In this document: piece by piece, positions 1 to 13,561 of the stretch
Numbering within the stretch: the stretch's first letter is position 1
Layout: each line of letters starts with the position of its first letter
Assembly: GCA_051453625.1 (NCBI GenBank)
Contig: JBOZIK010000001.1
Span: 23,791,641-23,855,640 of the forward strand
Length of the DNA: 64,000 nt
Direction: 5' to 3'
Source: Welwitschia mirabilis
Lineage: Eukaryota
Translations under genes and position numbers: made by a program
The notes under the pieces: generated by a model
Told to the model about the DNA's origin: nothing
Seen by the model: the letters and a program-made list of their open reading frames with translations, nothing else
Database searches by the model: none

Positions 1-109
1 ATGAGAATTTTTTTGGCATTCAAGTTTTAGTTGATGTAGAAATTTTTGGGGTGTTACTTTTGGCATTAGAGCTACATAAAGTTTTAAAGTGAGAAAATTA
101 TGGACGTTT

Positions 110-570
110 CAGATTACAAAATAACATGAAAACATAGCACAGGATTTACACCATATGAACTAGTTTATTGAAAAAGAGCTATTTTGTCAATTGAACTTAG
201 AATAAGAACCTTTAAATTTGCTAAAGAACTAATGTATAATTTGGATATAGCTCAAGAAGAATGGATAGTAAACATGAATATTTTAGATGAAAATAGAAAA
301 TAAGCTCTTTTGTGTAAAGGACTTATATAACAAAAAAGTAAAATATATTATCATAACAAAATTAGAAAAACCAATTTTAATTTAGAAGATTCTATACTAA
401 TCTATGACCCTAAATAGATCCATTCAAAATAGAAATATAAACAAAACTAGCTAGTGCCTCATATCATAACAAAAAGTTTGGAAAATGGAATCGTAGAGGT
501 ATATGATCCAGATGAAAATGTAACCTACCAAGTAAATGGGTATACAATAAAAATGTATTATGATAATAAA
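110..570 (+). pseudogene. Gypsy integrase C-terminal region, decayed
   Basis: Reads YKIT*KHSTGFTPYELVY*KRAILSIEL...LVPHIITKSLENGIVEVYDPDENVTYQVNGYTIKMY, matching the AYRT..TG.TPY.LVYG, GPY and VNG.RLK.Y integrase motifs; several stops. Confidence 0.85.
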
Positions 571-1519
571 TATTTGCTTCATTATTTAGGAAACCCTAAT
601 AGGGTGAAAAAAAACTTTCACTTAACTTATAAAATAAAAAATTTTATACTAGATAATAAAGGATGTGTTGTTTCCTTAGAGTTTTATTTAGGCTATTAAT
701 TTATTAAGCTATTCAAGATAAATTTAATGATTATGAAACAAGAAGCTAACTTGGCAAGTCTTCAATAGAAGAGAGTGCATTATCCTTATTAATAAGATTA
801 AAAAGACATATTTCATCACATGACAGAATATCTTCTAATGAATATAAATCAAACCAAAAAAATAAAACACAATATTCCACTGTAAGTGCTTGGGGTAAAT
901 GTTCCTGAGAAGGGCCTTTGATAGTGTAATACAATAGCTATGAGAACTTCCCTAAGGGTTAGTCGATCACGATATGGATTTTGAAAATCTTTTAGGTCCT
1001 TACTCCTTTAACAATGGTTGCACTCTCCTTATTGTGATTAAATTTTTTTTTTTTTTTAAGTTGTAACAATAAAGGTTGAGGAACAGTTATGTTCCAAAAG
1101 TTATCTAAAACATAGCTAGTTACTAAAGTCATAACTATATATCATAACTTATATATTAAAAAATAAAAAAGAAATTTTATTCTAGTATGTGATAGAATGT
1201 GAATCCAAATATTTTTATTTCAATATCATGCACAATCATTAAATTCTATTTTAGCAAAGAGTAAATATTTATAGTTTTAAATCATTTCAAATTATCTTAA
1301 CAATTTGATAAGTTGTTTCGTATGGATTTCCTTTAATGAAATTAATACAATAGTAAGAAAATAAAAATAGTAATAAGATATATTTATTTAAAACAAAATA
1401 ACAAATAAAAGCTTTATTAGATCAAGGAATTTATTACATCATTACTTAAAAAAATAACAAAATCCTTACTCAAATTACTTAAAGCTAATAAATAGATCAT
1501 TCTACTAAAGTAACTTACT

Positions 1520-2000
1520 TGTTGAAATGGCTGAAGAATTTGTTCTTTCTATTGAAGCACTTGATATTAGATGACCTTGTAGAACTCTCACATAGGGCTA
1601 GTAGGTGCATTTCACTTACAGATTTTGATAGCATGCCTATTTCTTCAGGGTGATCTAGCCAAAAATTCTTATAAGGCATTACATTCCATATCATTTTTTC
1701 TATGTTTTTCCTATCAAAGCTTAGTGCAGCTAGACTAAGTGCAAAATTTATGCTTTAAAGCTAATTGACTTTCTTTTCTAATGCTTGCATCTATCTAGCT
1801 AGTTTACCTAAGAAAACATTGTAAGCTAAGTCTTCTTGATTAAGTTACTGATGTAATTCTTCTATCTACCCCTAGATACTAGGCCACCAAATGATGAATC
1901 ATGGAACTAAAACTTAGAAGAATGACCCCATTCTTAAAGCGTTCTCTACCAGCTTTAGTAATGAAAGTATTTAATGTATCTAAAACCTCAGTAATTGACT
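1520..2000 (-). pseudogene. Decayed antisense accessory ORF inside element A, function unknown
   Basis: Minus frame reads ELHQ*LNQEDLAYNVFLGKLAR*MQALEKKVN*L*SINFALSLAALSFDRKNIEKMIWNVMPYKNFWLDHPEEIGMLSKS; the stops are TAA/TAG, consistent with CAA/CAG decay; one frameshift near 1870. Confidence 0.5.
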
Positions 2001-2779
2001 TATAATCAAAATACAATACGTATTACATCTCATTTTTAGATATAATAGCAAGTGGAGGTGATTAGGGTTCTACACTTATAATACAAATATCACTTTGTGT
2101 AGAACCTAAGTTAAAAATGCAATGCTTCACCTTTTTAACACCAAAAGCAGTAATGGGAGAGTAAGAGGGAGTAGATTTTATAAGGTTTAAAAAGGAAGGA
2201 ATGGTAAGAATTGAATAGGATTAAGTGAAAGAACTCTAATACTCAGTATGGAGAATGATGAATGGTTAGCATGGAGGAATGAAATTTATAGCATAAATAT
2301 TACTTAATGTAATGACAAGTATGATTTATCTTAGGATACTTAATATACTCATGTTTAGTAATGAAGTAAAAGATTTTAAAGAAATAACATACCTATTCTA
2401 TCTAACATCTAAGATATGCCAAGCGTACAATGATGATCTTCGTGTCAAAAAAAAAGTCAAGGAATTCCAAACTAATTAAGGTTCAACCTAAAGTTGGAGC
2501 TTCAACTTAATTTATAATCAACTTAGTTTTTCCCTAACATTCAAGTTTTTGTAAGAACCCACCAAATTTTGTTGTTGTCATCAATTGTTTAGTGATTAAT
2601 TAAAATCCTAATTCTTTCTTAAAATTAAGGAAAACATTTATACAATATTATGAAAACATAATTGGTAGTATATATAAAAGTAATGTATTTTCAAATGAGG
2701 ATAAAAAGAGGAATGTTACTGATATTACTCCTTTGATAGAATAATATCATAAGCTGAAATTCTAAAATAGGTTTATCAT

Positions 2780-3070
2780 GTTAACTAACACTAACTCAAA
2801 GTTAAAACTTTAAATAATAGTTCAAGCCAACTTGATAAATGTAGAATTTATCTTCTTAGATTCTATGTTGTTTAAACCTACATAAAACAATATGACTTAG
2901 TTAAAGTCAAAACTTTAAATAATATTTCAAGTTAAGACATTATGATGCAAGTTTAGAAGGTTGTCCAATACCAACTCAAAGTCAAGCCAAGCCATTATAC
3001 TGCAAGCTTGGATAGTTTATTAATACTAACTCAAAGTTAAAAATGTGAGTTAGATTTCAAGTCAACTTAT
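2780..3070. repeat. Degenerate tandem repeats in the accessory region of element A
   Basis: Recurring 'ctaactcaaagttaaaa...ttcaagyyaa' (about 4 copies) and 'cattat..tgcaag' (2 copies). Confidence 0.6.
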
Positions 3071-4199
3071 TTTTATTAACATAGAAATCCATTATTGAAG
3101 AGTGGAGTCCTTTTATTAAAGGACCTCATTAACTTTTTAATATATCTTCTTTCTGTGATCACACTTTTTTATTTCATCTTACTTAATTATATTTAAGTGG
3201 TTAGGATTTAAAGGATCCTATTAAGAACTTTTGAGTTCTTAATAATCTCATTTAATTCCTTTAACAATTTCACAATGAATTTGATAGCACCTATTGAGAA
3301 CTCAAGAGCTCTTGATGATCCTTATCAAATTCTTTGGTTGTGAAGAGTAGAAACCATTTAAATATGATATCCTATACCTTAGACCTATCACTTAAAATAA
3401 AACTCGATAATCTCCTCCTTATTCTTGACAACCTCCATTGAAAATTAACAAATAGTTTCTTTTCACATTACCTATCCTACTTCAGCCTCCATGATATCCA
3501 TCTCATGTGAACTAATTTATTTACTATTTTCTTTGCCACTGTGTCATTCATTTTCAACATCAACACCCACATGGAATTATTCCATTTTTAACTTTTTTTT
3601 GGAAAAAATTTTTAGTCTCTTTGAATGTATCAATTGAATGCAACAACAGGTACACGTTTTTACTTATTTTAAGCTAGAAACAGTATGTAATTTCACTTTC
3701 ACTTGTGCATTTTCCTTTCTCGTGCTTAAGTTCCTTCAATGTTATGGCAGAATAACTCCACACAAAAATTTTAGGTTTATCATTCTTTCTCATATTTTTA
3801 TTTTCAAGCATTCAGAAGTATGCAAATATTTAACTTAGGGGTAGGATGAACAACAAAATTTTGTGAAAAGCAAATGCTGGTAAAGTGTAAATTCTTTTAA
3901 GATGAAATTTTCTATTTTCTCATTTTCAAACTTAGAATGTTTTACATTCTTTGTAAAAATGAAACAGATCTACCTAATGAGTGTGAAATTGTTTCTCAAA
4001 TGTTAATACTTAAGTAGTTTTAGTTTTTTTAAAAGAAATGTTTTTCAAATAAGATTTTAAACAACCTTATCTAACTCAAACAATTATGATGGTTTGATAG
4101 AATGCAAAATCATTTCTTTTTAAATTTTATGAATGTGTTTTTAGGCCCCTATTTAGTATATTTTGAACAACATATCATTGAATTAGGCTAGTATGAGTG

Positions 4200-7100
4200 G
4201 TTAACAATGATTGAAAAGATTTAGTTTAGAATCTGTTTACAAATTTTATAAGAATTTAAAGTTGATGAGAAGAAAAATATGTTGGAAATAATTATTAAGA
4301 ATAACAAAATATTAAGTACTTAAAAAGAAATAAAAAAAATGTTGCACTTGCCATCTATAGGTAAATCTATTGATGATACAGGAAGAAAAGAAGATAAAAT
4401 TTAAGAATGAGTTCATTTGGAGGATGGAAGTGCAAGGAAAAATACCTATGAGGAAAGATTTAGAATTAGAATTTTTTACTATTTCAAGAATTATGGCTGG
4501 TGATTTAGTAATAATTATTCATAAACAGAAGGGTATCACATTACCTAGTCTATACATGATAACAATTATGAAGGATAGAATAAATTAAACAAATGTTAAT
4601 ATTCTAGAATGAACATTTTTTGATTTAGTTAGATATATTCTAAAAATAAGGATGGTTGAAATAGGAGCTTTTGATGCAGTAGAGCTAGGATTTCCATCTT
4701 TGATAGCCTAAATACTAAATAAAAGTAGAGTATCATTTACGCTAAATAAGTCCTGTGTGGACTTAATAATTCAAAGTCTTTTTGGAAAAGAATTAATTAT
4801 TTTAAAGACCACAAGGTAAAGAAGTTTAACTCAAGGAATTTCTTAATTAAAACCAAGTGAACCCTCTTGTATTTCATAAATCCTTCTCTCATTGATGCCT
4901 CCTATAAGTATGGGTCAAGGCCTAACATAGTTTACTTTTAAAAGACTTCTTTCTCCCCATCCTATTACAGCCTATTCAATTCTCTAAAGTACTAGAAGAA
5001 AATAAGATCAACAATATTTACATTACTTTAAATTTAGTTAAGGATCAAATTCAAACTTATCTCAGTAAGAAGGAACAAAATTACAAAATCAAGTTTCTTA
5101 TTTAAATATTGAAAATGAATTTTAAGATAAAAACTAGATCAAGAAAAGGAACATGCTAAAAGATTACAATAATAAATAATCATAAAAGAGGAAAATATTC
5201 AGTCTAAGAAGCATATAAGGACATGAGTAGGAAATTATAGAGAGATTATAATAGGATTGCTGAATTGAAAATAGTTATCGAAGATAAGAATGAATTCGAA
5301 AACTTATCAAGAGAAAGGCTAGAAATGCTTGTCTCTTTATTGTAGAATCTCACTTCAACCAAGAAATATGATGATAAATATATAAAACATTAATAAAAAT
5401 TTATTACATTTATGCATAATGAAGGAACTTTACCATCAATATTTTGGTTGTTTCAAGATGTTAAGGTTCAAAAACCCATGGATTAGCTGTTTTCTCACTA
5501 GCTTTATAAAGCTCAGAAAAAACTAGTTTTCTTAAAGCTTCTGGTATATCTTTCATTAAAAGGTAGCATTTGATAATGTTTGTTTATTAGAATTCTTGCT
5601 AAACCAAGTAAAAATTCAAAGATCTATCCTACATTCATTTAGGAGGGTACTCCGAAAAGGTTTAATACCATATCTATAGATACCTAAAGCCCAAGAATAT
5701 AGACACAAATGGATTGAAGCACAAAATTTAATTGATTATTATCATTCCATCTTAGAAGTAAATAAGAGAGTCATGGATCAAATTATAGAAGAAAATAAGG
5801 CTTTAAAAAATGGAATAGAAGAAGCAAGCTCTTTTGGTTATTAACCTTATCAAGATTTAGCCATTAACAATATAAACTTAGAAATAAAAGAGAAGATTAG
5901 AAGGGTAGTAGATTCAATACAAGATATACCTTATACCTCTTCAAATTTAACTACTGAAGTTGAAAATAAAATAAATCTAAGTGTTGTAGATGCTTTGGAA
6001 GAATATTATGCATATTTGAAGAAGGATATTAGGTTAATACATCCATAATCTACCCAACTTATTATTTAAAATTTAGAAAAATAAAATAAGAAATTAATGG
6101 CATGAACTATATCTAATGAAGGTTAAGTTGGATAAACAAATTAATTTTGGGCATGAGGAATTAGTAGTTTCTTAAAACCTTAATTAGTATACTTAGAAGT
6201 TATATAATTTTATTGATAAGTTTAAAGAGTAACTAGAAAGTATCATTCATAAGACTTATGGGGATAGTAAAAGCTAAATAAAATTTTTGATACTCATAGA
6301 AAAGGGATTAAATCTTTACAAAACAAATTTATACCAAAAAGAATAAAGTCCCTACAAGGGAATTTAAAATTATTTTAAATAATACAATAATAAAATTTTG
6401 TAAAATAATAAAAGAATTTGAAACAAATATGAAACTTTTTATAGTGTCCTCTTAAGATCTTTAGCAACTATATTCATTTAGAGATAGAATTGTAAAGAAT
6501 ATAACCATACTCAGAGGTACTTTTGTGGGTTTTTTTCTAACTTAGAAAACTAATATACACCAAAAATATATACACCCCTATTAGGACCACTCTCAAGGCT
6601 GGGATTATAAGTCAAAGCAATTTTAGAGCAAGAACATATGCCTCAAAGGCTTAAAAAATAGTTCCTTTAGTCCTAAAAATAAGAGAGGAGAGCCAAAACT
6701 ACCAAGGGCTCCTTCAAAAGGAAGAGGTAGAGGAAAAAAGACTGTAACCAAAGAACCATGGGATATAAAGACTATAGATTTGAATGATCCTATTTTATAG
6801 GAAGAATAAAGGAAAATTATGACTACCTTAGAATAGGAAAAGTAATCAGCTTATTTTGCTAAGAAATTAGAAGAATAAAAATCTAGNNNNNNNNNNNNNN
6901 NNNNNNNNNNNNNNNNNNNNNNNNNNNNNNNNNNNNNNNNNNNNNNNNNNNNNNNNNNNNNNNNNNNNNNNNNNNNNNNNNNNNNNGAAGGTTAAGTTGG
7001 ATAAACAAATTAATTTTGGGCATGAGGAATTAGTAGTTTCTTAAAGCCTTAATTAGTATACTTAGAAGTTATATGATTTTATTGATAGGTTTGAAGAGTA

Positions 7101-7740
7101 ACTAGAAAGTATCATTCATAAGACTTATGGAGGTAGTAAAAGATAAATAAAATTTTTGATACTCATAGAAAAGGGATTAAATCTTTACAAAACAAATTTA
7201 TACAAAAAAGAAATAAATTCTCTACAAGGGAATTTAAAATTATTTTAAACAATACAATAATAAAATTTTATAAAATAATAGAAGAATTTGAAACAAATAT
7301 AACCATACTCAGAGGCACTTTTGTGGGTTTTTTTCTAACTTAGAAAATAAATATACACCAGAAATATATACACCCCCATTAGGACCACTCTCAAGGTTGG
7401 GATTATAAGTCAAAGCAACTTTAGAGCAAGAACATATGCCTCAAAGTCTCAAAAAATAGTTCCTTTAGTCCTAAAAAAAGAGAAGAGAGCCAAAGTTACC
7501 AAGGGTTCCTTCAAAAGGAAGAGGTAGAGGAAAAAAGACTGTAACCAAAGAACCATGGGAGATAAAGGCTATAGATTTGAATGATCCTATTTTATAGGAA
7601 GAATAAAGGAAAATTATGGCTACCTTAGAATAGGAAAAGTAATCAGCTTAGTTTGCTAAGAAATTAGAAGAATAAAAATATAGTGAAGATCATCCCTTTG
7701 TTTTTAAAAGAAGAAAGGAAAAATGGTAAGCTTTTTTTCC
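4200..7740 (+). pseudogene. Decayed large sense accessory ORF(s) of element A, Athila ORF2-like followed by K/E-rich segments
   Basis: ORF 4370-4588 continues through stops to GAFDAVELGFPSLIA*IL, resembling the L(G/P)FPSLI motif of Athila-associated extra ORFs; purine-rich coding-like composition to ~7740; partly duplicated across the 6887-6986 gap. Confidence 0.5.
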
Positions 7741-10030
7741 TGCTTTTCTATGTATACTTTGTTAAGGGACTAACAAAATATTGAGCTTGGAGGAACTGAT
7801 GAGTAAAGTTAAGGATGTAATTTTTTCTTATTAATAAAATGTTTTTGTTCTTATATTATATATTTTAAATGGTATTCAATATTTCTCTTTAGTACTTGGG
7901 CTAATATACTAATTAGTTAATATAGTCATTAATTAATAAGTTAGTTAGTTTATATATTAGTAGGTCAGCATATAAAATTGTATCATTGTGTTATAGGTAC
8001 AAAATGCCATTTAACATGAGGATGAGGGAGAAGATTAAGGTGGTAAAAATACAGTACCAAATTCAACCATAAAGCTATTCTTCAAGAGCAAAGAAAGGAA
8101 AAAACAAAATACAAAGGGATAAAGGGTATAAGAAGGGAATCACCATAGAGAAGAAGGATCTTTTAGCAAAAAGGCTCTAGAAATAGAACTAAGCAAAGGA
8201 TCAAAAAGAAGCTACATATATCCTAACAAGGGCATACTAACATCTGTAATGTTTCAATGTTACTTGCAAAGGAAAACATAAAATTATTAGTATATTTTTG
8301 TGTAATGTTTTGATATTTTAATAAAAAGTTGAAAAGAAAATATTTTTGAGAAATATTATGAACATGTTTTATTACTTGAAAAAGTAATATTCTCTTTTAC
8401 TTGCTTCTATTTATGTAGTTAAACACAAATTAGAATAATTAGCAATACTTAGAAATAAGTATTATTTAGTGTTTGGTGAAACTTCTATTATGTTTTTTCC
8501 ATTTTCTTCAATCCCCATAATGTAATATATGTATGTAGCCAAGTTTAGCAATTATCAATCTAACTAGTTCATGCATTTAAAACAAAATGGTTAAAGTGTT
8601 GATGGTCTTAGTTAGTTTTTTAGTAAACCTATGATTTTAATTTAATGGTTTAAGCTTATTTTAAATTAATAGCATTATAGTTTTCTACATTTTTTAGCAT
8701 AATTTTATAGTATTTTCTATATTTATTTCACAGTATAAGCTTTTACCACCACTCCATCTAATAAATTCCACCAACCACCCTCCCCTTCTATCCATTCATA
8801 AGTTCATTAGATTAGATGATATGAGTTGATAGCACTTAAGTGAAGTGAATAGTTAATAAGTGATTGTTTTCTTATTTCAAACTAATAGAATTTAAGTTTA
8901 CTAGTAGTTTTTCAAAAAAAAGGTTTGCTTACTCTTTAGTTAACTTGTTAAGTTATAGCTTTACTTAAGATCTTTTAATAATAACTTATGTTGAATTAAG
9001 GTGGAACCTACTTTTAGGCTAACTGAATTATTTTTAAAGTCATTTTTATGAGGACAAGGCTTATCTTGATTAGGATAATGACCTAATGACTTCTTTATAT
9101 GCATAAAAATGTATTAAATATGGGAAAGATAATTAAAAAGAAAATAAAAATATCTCCTCTTCTAAAAGCACATTATTTTATGATCAATTGAAAGTGGATT
9201 TAGTGAACTACATCAGGGATATGAATGGTCACTAGTAATGTAGCTTTGATGATATATTTTATGACATGTTTAACTGCATCGGGGCTATAACTGCTTATTA
9301 GTAATATAACACTGAACCTTTCATAAATCAACATGTTTAACTCTATTACAAGGAGATGTCATAAAACTAAATGTCTAATTAGATCAAAATGCTTGAAACA
9401 TAAATCAAGACATGATTGTAGAAGAGGAAAATTGGAATAAAAAAGGTGGAATTGGGAGATCCTTTTTGTGTTTACTTTTCTTTAACTTGTATACTTGAGA
9501 ATTTACTTAACTAATTTTTGTTAAATTGTAGGTTTACTTAGCAAATATCTTATTTGAATGATAATATGACACATTGTAAATTTAGAATAAAATTTGTAAG
9601 ATTTTTAATAAATGTGACCATTAACTTAGGTATTCTATCTTTTGAATTTATAGATAAGGGATTTTCATTAGGTTTGTTCTCTACAAATTATATCTTATTT
9701 TAAACCTTGCATCACATTGTTTTCCCCAAATACATTCATCATCATCATGTACTAGCCTAATTAACTTGTTTTCAAAAGCCTTGTATAAATTTTCCATCTT
9801 TGTAACTTTAAGGACAAAGTTTAATTTTGGTTGTGGTAAGGCATCCACTTTGACAAAAAAAATTAAAAAAAATTAATTTTGATGCCTTAATTGTTAAAAA
9901 ATTGATCAAAATTTTTTTAAAATTTCATATGATTTTTTGGCTTGCCTTTCTCACTTAGTCAAATTTTCCATTCTTTACTAGCTCTTTATTACCTTTTTCC
10001 AAGGATCTAGCAAAAGACTAGTTAAGGTTA

Positions 10031-11506
10031 TGTTTGTATGCTAAAATTAACATTCTACACAAGTATAATTGATTAATTTAGCATAGGGAAAATTATTAAA
10101 TTAATGGTTTTATTACATATTAATGTCTTCTACTATTTTTATTACTTTTATATGAAATTATAGAGTTCCTTTAATATAAGTATGTATATTATGACCTTTA
10201 GAAGAACTATTTCCTAAATTAAGAACTTTCAGCACCAAACATTGTGTTTCCATTTAGGACTACTAGTGATGGCCTTCTAAGGTAAATTGACACTAAACTC
10301 ATGTTTCTATAATCTTTTATAGAATTAATCACATTGGATGTATGGGCTTAGTTATATAATAAACTAAAACTAATTTTAAGCTTCAATAACATGTGGCAAA
10401 AGTATAAATTGAGATATTGCAATAACATGTGGTGCAACGATGATAATCAAGATAAAGATACATGACATTGCATTCATTAGCAACATCATTAGTAGTAAAA
10501 GGACACATCATTATAATGTTTGCATAAGAATATAAAGCATCTTTCTTTGTGGCTGCATGCCAAATGTATTTGTAACTCCCTCCTTATGTAACTACCCTTA
10601 AGTAATCCCCCTTATGTAACTGTCATCTAATACATAAGGACAACATCTAATGCAATCATGATGTAATTTTTCGAGCATTTTCTCATCTATAAAAGGCCCT
10701 TAGTACTCCATTATAAACATCTTTTGGTCTTCTTAATGTGGGAAAGACTTGGAGGCTTGCACATCATGGTGCTATAATACCTTTCTTGGGGGTAGAATTT
10801 TCAAGGCTAGTTAATGAGTCTTTCTTCTTCTTCTTCATTGATATAATATATATTCATTTTAGATTTTAACATAAGAGTTGTTTTAAGCCCTTTCATTGTT
10901 ATTGTTCAATTTGCTTAGCATTAGCAATATTTAGGTAAGACTAGTTCTGTTCTTTTTTTATTGTTAATGATCAGAAAATGATATTAATAATTTTCAGGTG
11001 AGCTTATTTAATTGTTTTTAAAAACCATGTCAGTTATTCAAAGTTACTTTTTTTATTTATATTTTTTGTTGTTTGATAGATCTTATGCACTTCTATTTAT
11101 ACTTTTCATACTTATAAAGGATTCTAAAGTATATGGAGGACTGAATAACTCATCACACTTATATGATGGATGAGATTATGCCTCTAGGATAAGCCTTAAT
11201 GACTTGGTAATTTATTACATGTTTCAAGATATATGAATCATTAGAGTAAAGAAGAAGAATCGGATAAATCTCTAGATACTTGGAACATTTCCATCACCTT
11301 GCATGATCAATTGAAGATTACTACTTTCTTCTTAACTTTAGATTTTACTTTATTTGAATTTTCTATTATAAGTTAAAGTATTATGTATCCTTTATTTAAA
11401 TTTACCTCATATATTCCTATTGAAGAATAATACTAAGTATTTCACATAGTTTAAATCTAAATCACTACTATACAATCATGATGTATTTTCTTAATGTCTT
11501 TCAACA
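10031..11506 (+). repeat. 3' LTR of element A
   Basis: Starts TGTTTGTATG after the PPT and ends ...TTCAACA; TATA-like ctataaaagg at ~10687; short tgtaac repeats at 10571-10620; weakly similar to the LTR of element D. Confidence 0.6.
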
Positions 11507-11509
11507 TTT

Positions 11510-12200
11510 TCCCTATAGTTATACCTTCCTTGATGGTTGTTTTACATCATGTTTAACTAATTTATATCAATTATTCCAAGCATTTTCAAGAATCTTTTAA
11601 AGCTAAGTTGAGTAAATTTCTAGCACATCCAAAATTTACTAGTTTTTTAGTTTGTCTATTCAATCAATTATAAAAGTAGTTAACAAGTTCTTCTCTTTAA
11701 AATTCATTTACAAGATTGGATGAGGAAGTAATTAAAAATATCTTATAAGTTGTAGCATAATTTTCATGATGAGGTTGTGCAACATTGATGACTTCGTTTT
11801 TTCTTTTCCTCATAATTGCTTCACTCATGAATGCTTTTATGAAAGCATCTTGAACTTGGCTCCAAGTCTTACGTATTTTATGGGGTATAGCTTCTAACTA
11901 ATTTTTAGCCTTATCTTTAACGTTGAAAGGAAAAATGATAATGTAAGTCCTATCAGTAACCTTCTTTTTTCCATTTCCAAAAGTAAGAATAAGTTATTCT
12001 ATTTTAGCTAAGTGTTGAAAAGGGTCTCCTTCATCATCTCTTGAGAAGGTAGGATAGGCTTACAAGTTTTTGAGTTCCATATCATCTCCATCAGGTAGAT
12101 TAAAGGATTTTGGAATCTCTCTTTCTATTTAAGCTAATAATTCCTTGAGGGTTAATATAGTAGAGGTAGCAGTATAAGCAAAGGCAGAAATATTTGCAGT
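11510..12200 (-). pseudogene. Athila gag fragment, related to the gag of elements B and C, cut by the insertion of A
   Basis: Minus frame reads LTLKELLA*IEREIPKSFNLPDGDDMELKNL*AYPTFSRDDEGDPFQHL...IFPFNVKDKAKN*L...TWSQVQDAFIK; homologous to ORF 42752-43210. Confidence 0.85.
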
Positions 12201-12485
12201 TTTAGAAGGGAAAAATCTTTGAGAGGTAGGATTTGAAGAGGAAAATGATTTAAACAAATTACTTTAAAAAATAAATAAATTACTTTCAAAATATAAAAAG
12301 CATAATAATCATATTATTCTATTCTATATTAAAATGAAATTTTCTAATCTCAAGTTCTTGAATTGAAATCTACTAGTCCTTCTTTAATTACTTTACTGAT
12401 AAATTACTTTTCTTGTTAATGATTTTTTTATGTGACCATTCCTTGAATATTGAAAAAATCAACCTTTTAGAATTCCTTAAACTTC

Positions 12486-12503
12486 TCCCTAGAAATTGCA
12501 CTA
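12486..12503 (-). promoter_or_regulatory. Decayed Athila primer binding site
   Basis: Minus strand TAGTGCAATTTCTAGGGA versus the canonical TGGCGCCGTTGCCGGGGA; located upstream of the gag fragment. Confidence 0.55.
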
Positions 12504-12509
12504 ATATAT

Positions 12510-12940
12510 TGGGAGGTAAATCATGTGATCAATTTAGTACTTTCTTCTAATGAATCCTTTATCTTTGATACCTATAAATCTAAATAAAACTCACTCAAAC
12601 CATACTAGTATATGGGAGTTAATTTGAATGTTATACTTTAGAGATGAATTCTAAGTAGGAAGTTATAAGATTGATTTAATCAAAAAGAATAGAATCAAAA
12701 TGATTTTCTTTTCTAACTTTAGAATGATAAATTAATGAAAATGCAATAATGCAATGAATCCATATAAGATGCAAAGATGAGATACAAGCCTAAATGCAAA
12801 GCCTAATCAAGTGTAACAACTTGTTATCACCCAAGTTAGACCTTATAATATATATCAATTATAAATAATTATTCCTTAAATCAAGTAACATAAACTATAT
12901 AAAAGATTAGAAAGTAATTTAAAAGAATACTTTAGTCAAT
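12510..12940 (-). repeat. Partial 5' LTR of the Athila relic
   Basis: Directly adjacent to the PBS; appears truncated by a different repeat near 12944. Confidence 0.45.
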
Positions 12941-12943
12941 AAC

Positions 12944-13490
12944 TATTGAAAAATCTAGTTTTGATGACTTTACTTGTTAAACATTTTGTATCTTTATGTA
13001 GATAGGTTATTACAAGTACATCAGACCTCGAAAGGTACTAGAGCATGATGAATCTTCTAAATAAATATCTTATGAAAAGGATCAGATTCTAAACTATAAA
13101 ATCAAGTGTTTGAAGATGTTTAAGAAATTAAATATGTATTAAGTGAAAACATTTGGAAAGTGAAGATGTTTGAAATGTACAGAGCTAAAATAGGTAACAG
13201 ATTCAATTTATCTTTCACTAATATTTTATATTTTAGATAAGCACTAATCTTGTACATTACAGATTTACAATCATAAAGGTCCAAGGATACGATAGTGCAA
13301 AATTCATTAGAATCTAGATAAGTTAATTCAAGATGTATACAAATGTGAAGATGTCTTAAAAGAAAACATTTATAAAATTCAAGATGTCTTGACTCAAAGT
13401 TAATATTGAGTCAAAATAAAGTTATGCATCAAGCATAGAAGTTAACTATCTATTACATGGTAGTTACAGATTCAAGCGGCTGTCTTCTAA
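12944..13490 (+). mobile_element. Sirevirus-like copia LTR fragment
   Basis: Begins tattgaaaaatctagttttgatgac, resembling TGTTG..GGTTTTGATGA LTR starts; repeated gaagatgt(t/c)t motifs, probably decayed AAGACGTCTT palindromes. Confidence 0.4.
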
Positions 13491-13561
13491 GCTCAAATAG
13501 CTAGATCTTTCTTACCGTTATAAATCATCAACATTAAGAATCAAAGCAATGACTCTACCTT

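Larger units (their letters stand above)
1..11506 (+). mobile_element. Element A: 3' part of an Athila/OTA-clade Ty3/gypsy LTR retrotransposon (5' end outside window)
   Basis: Integrase C-terminus at ~110-570; Athila-like internal purine-tract motifs near 7765-7795 and 9810-9840; decayed PPT 'ctagcaaaagactagttaagg' at ~10007-10027 followed by an LTR. Confidence 0.7.

Noticed and set aside
4200..7740. Endogenous caulimovirus or other viral ORF
   Set aside because: No movement protein, coat protein zinc knuckle or caulimoviral RT motifs recognised; the position fits an Athila accessory ORF
10031..11506. LTRs of A and D as two ends of one element
   Set aside because: Opposite orientation, only weak similarity, and each has its own adjacent internal domains
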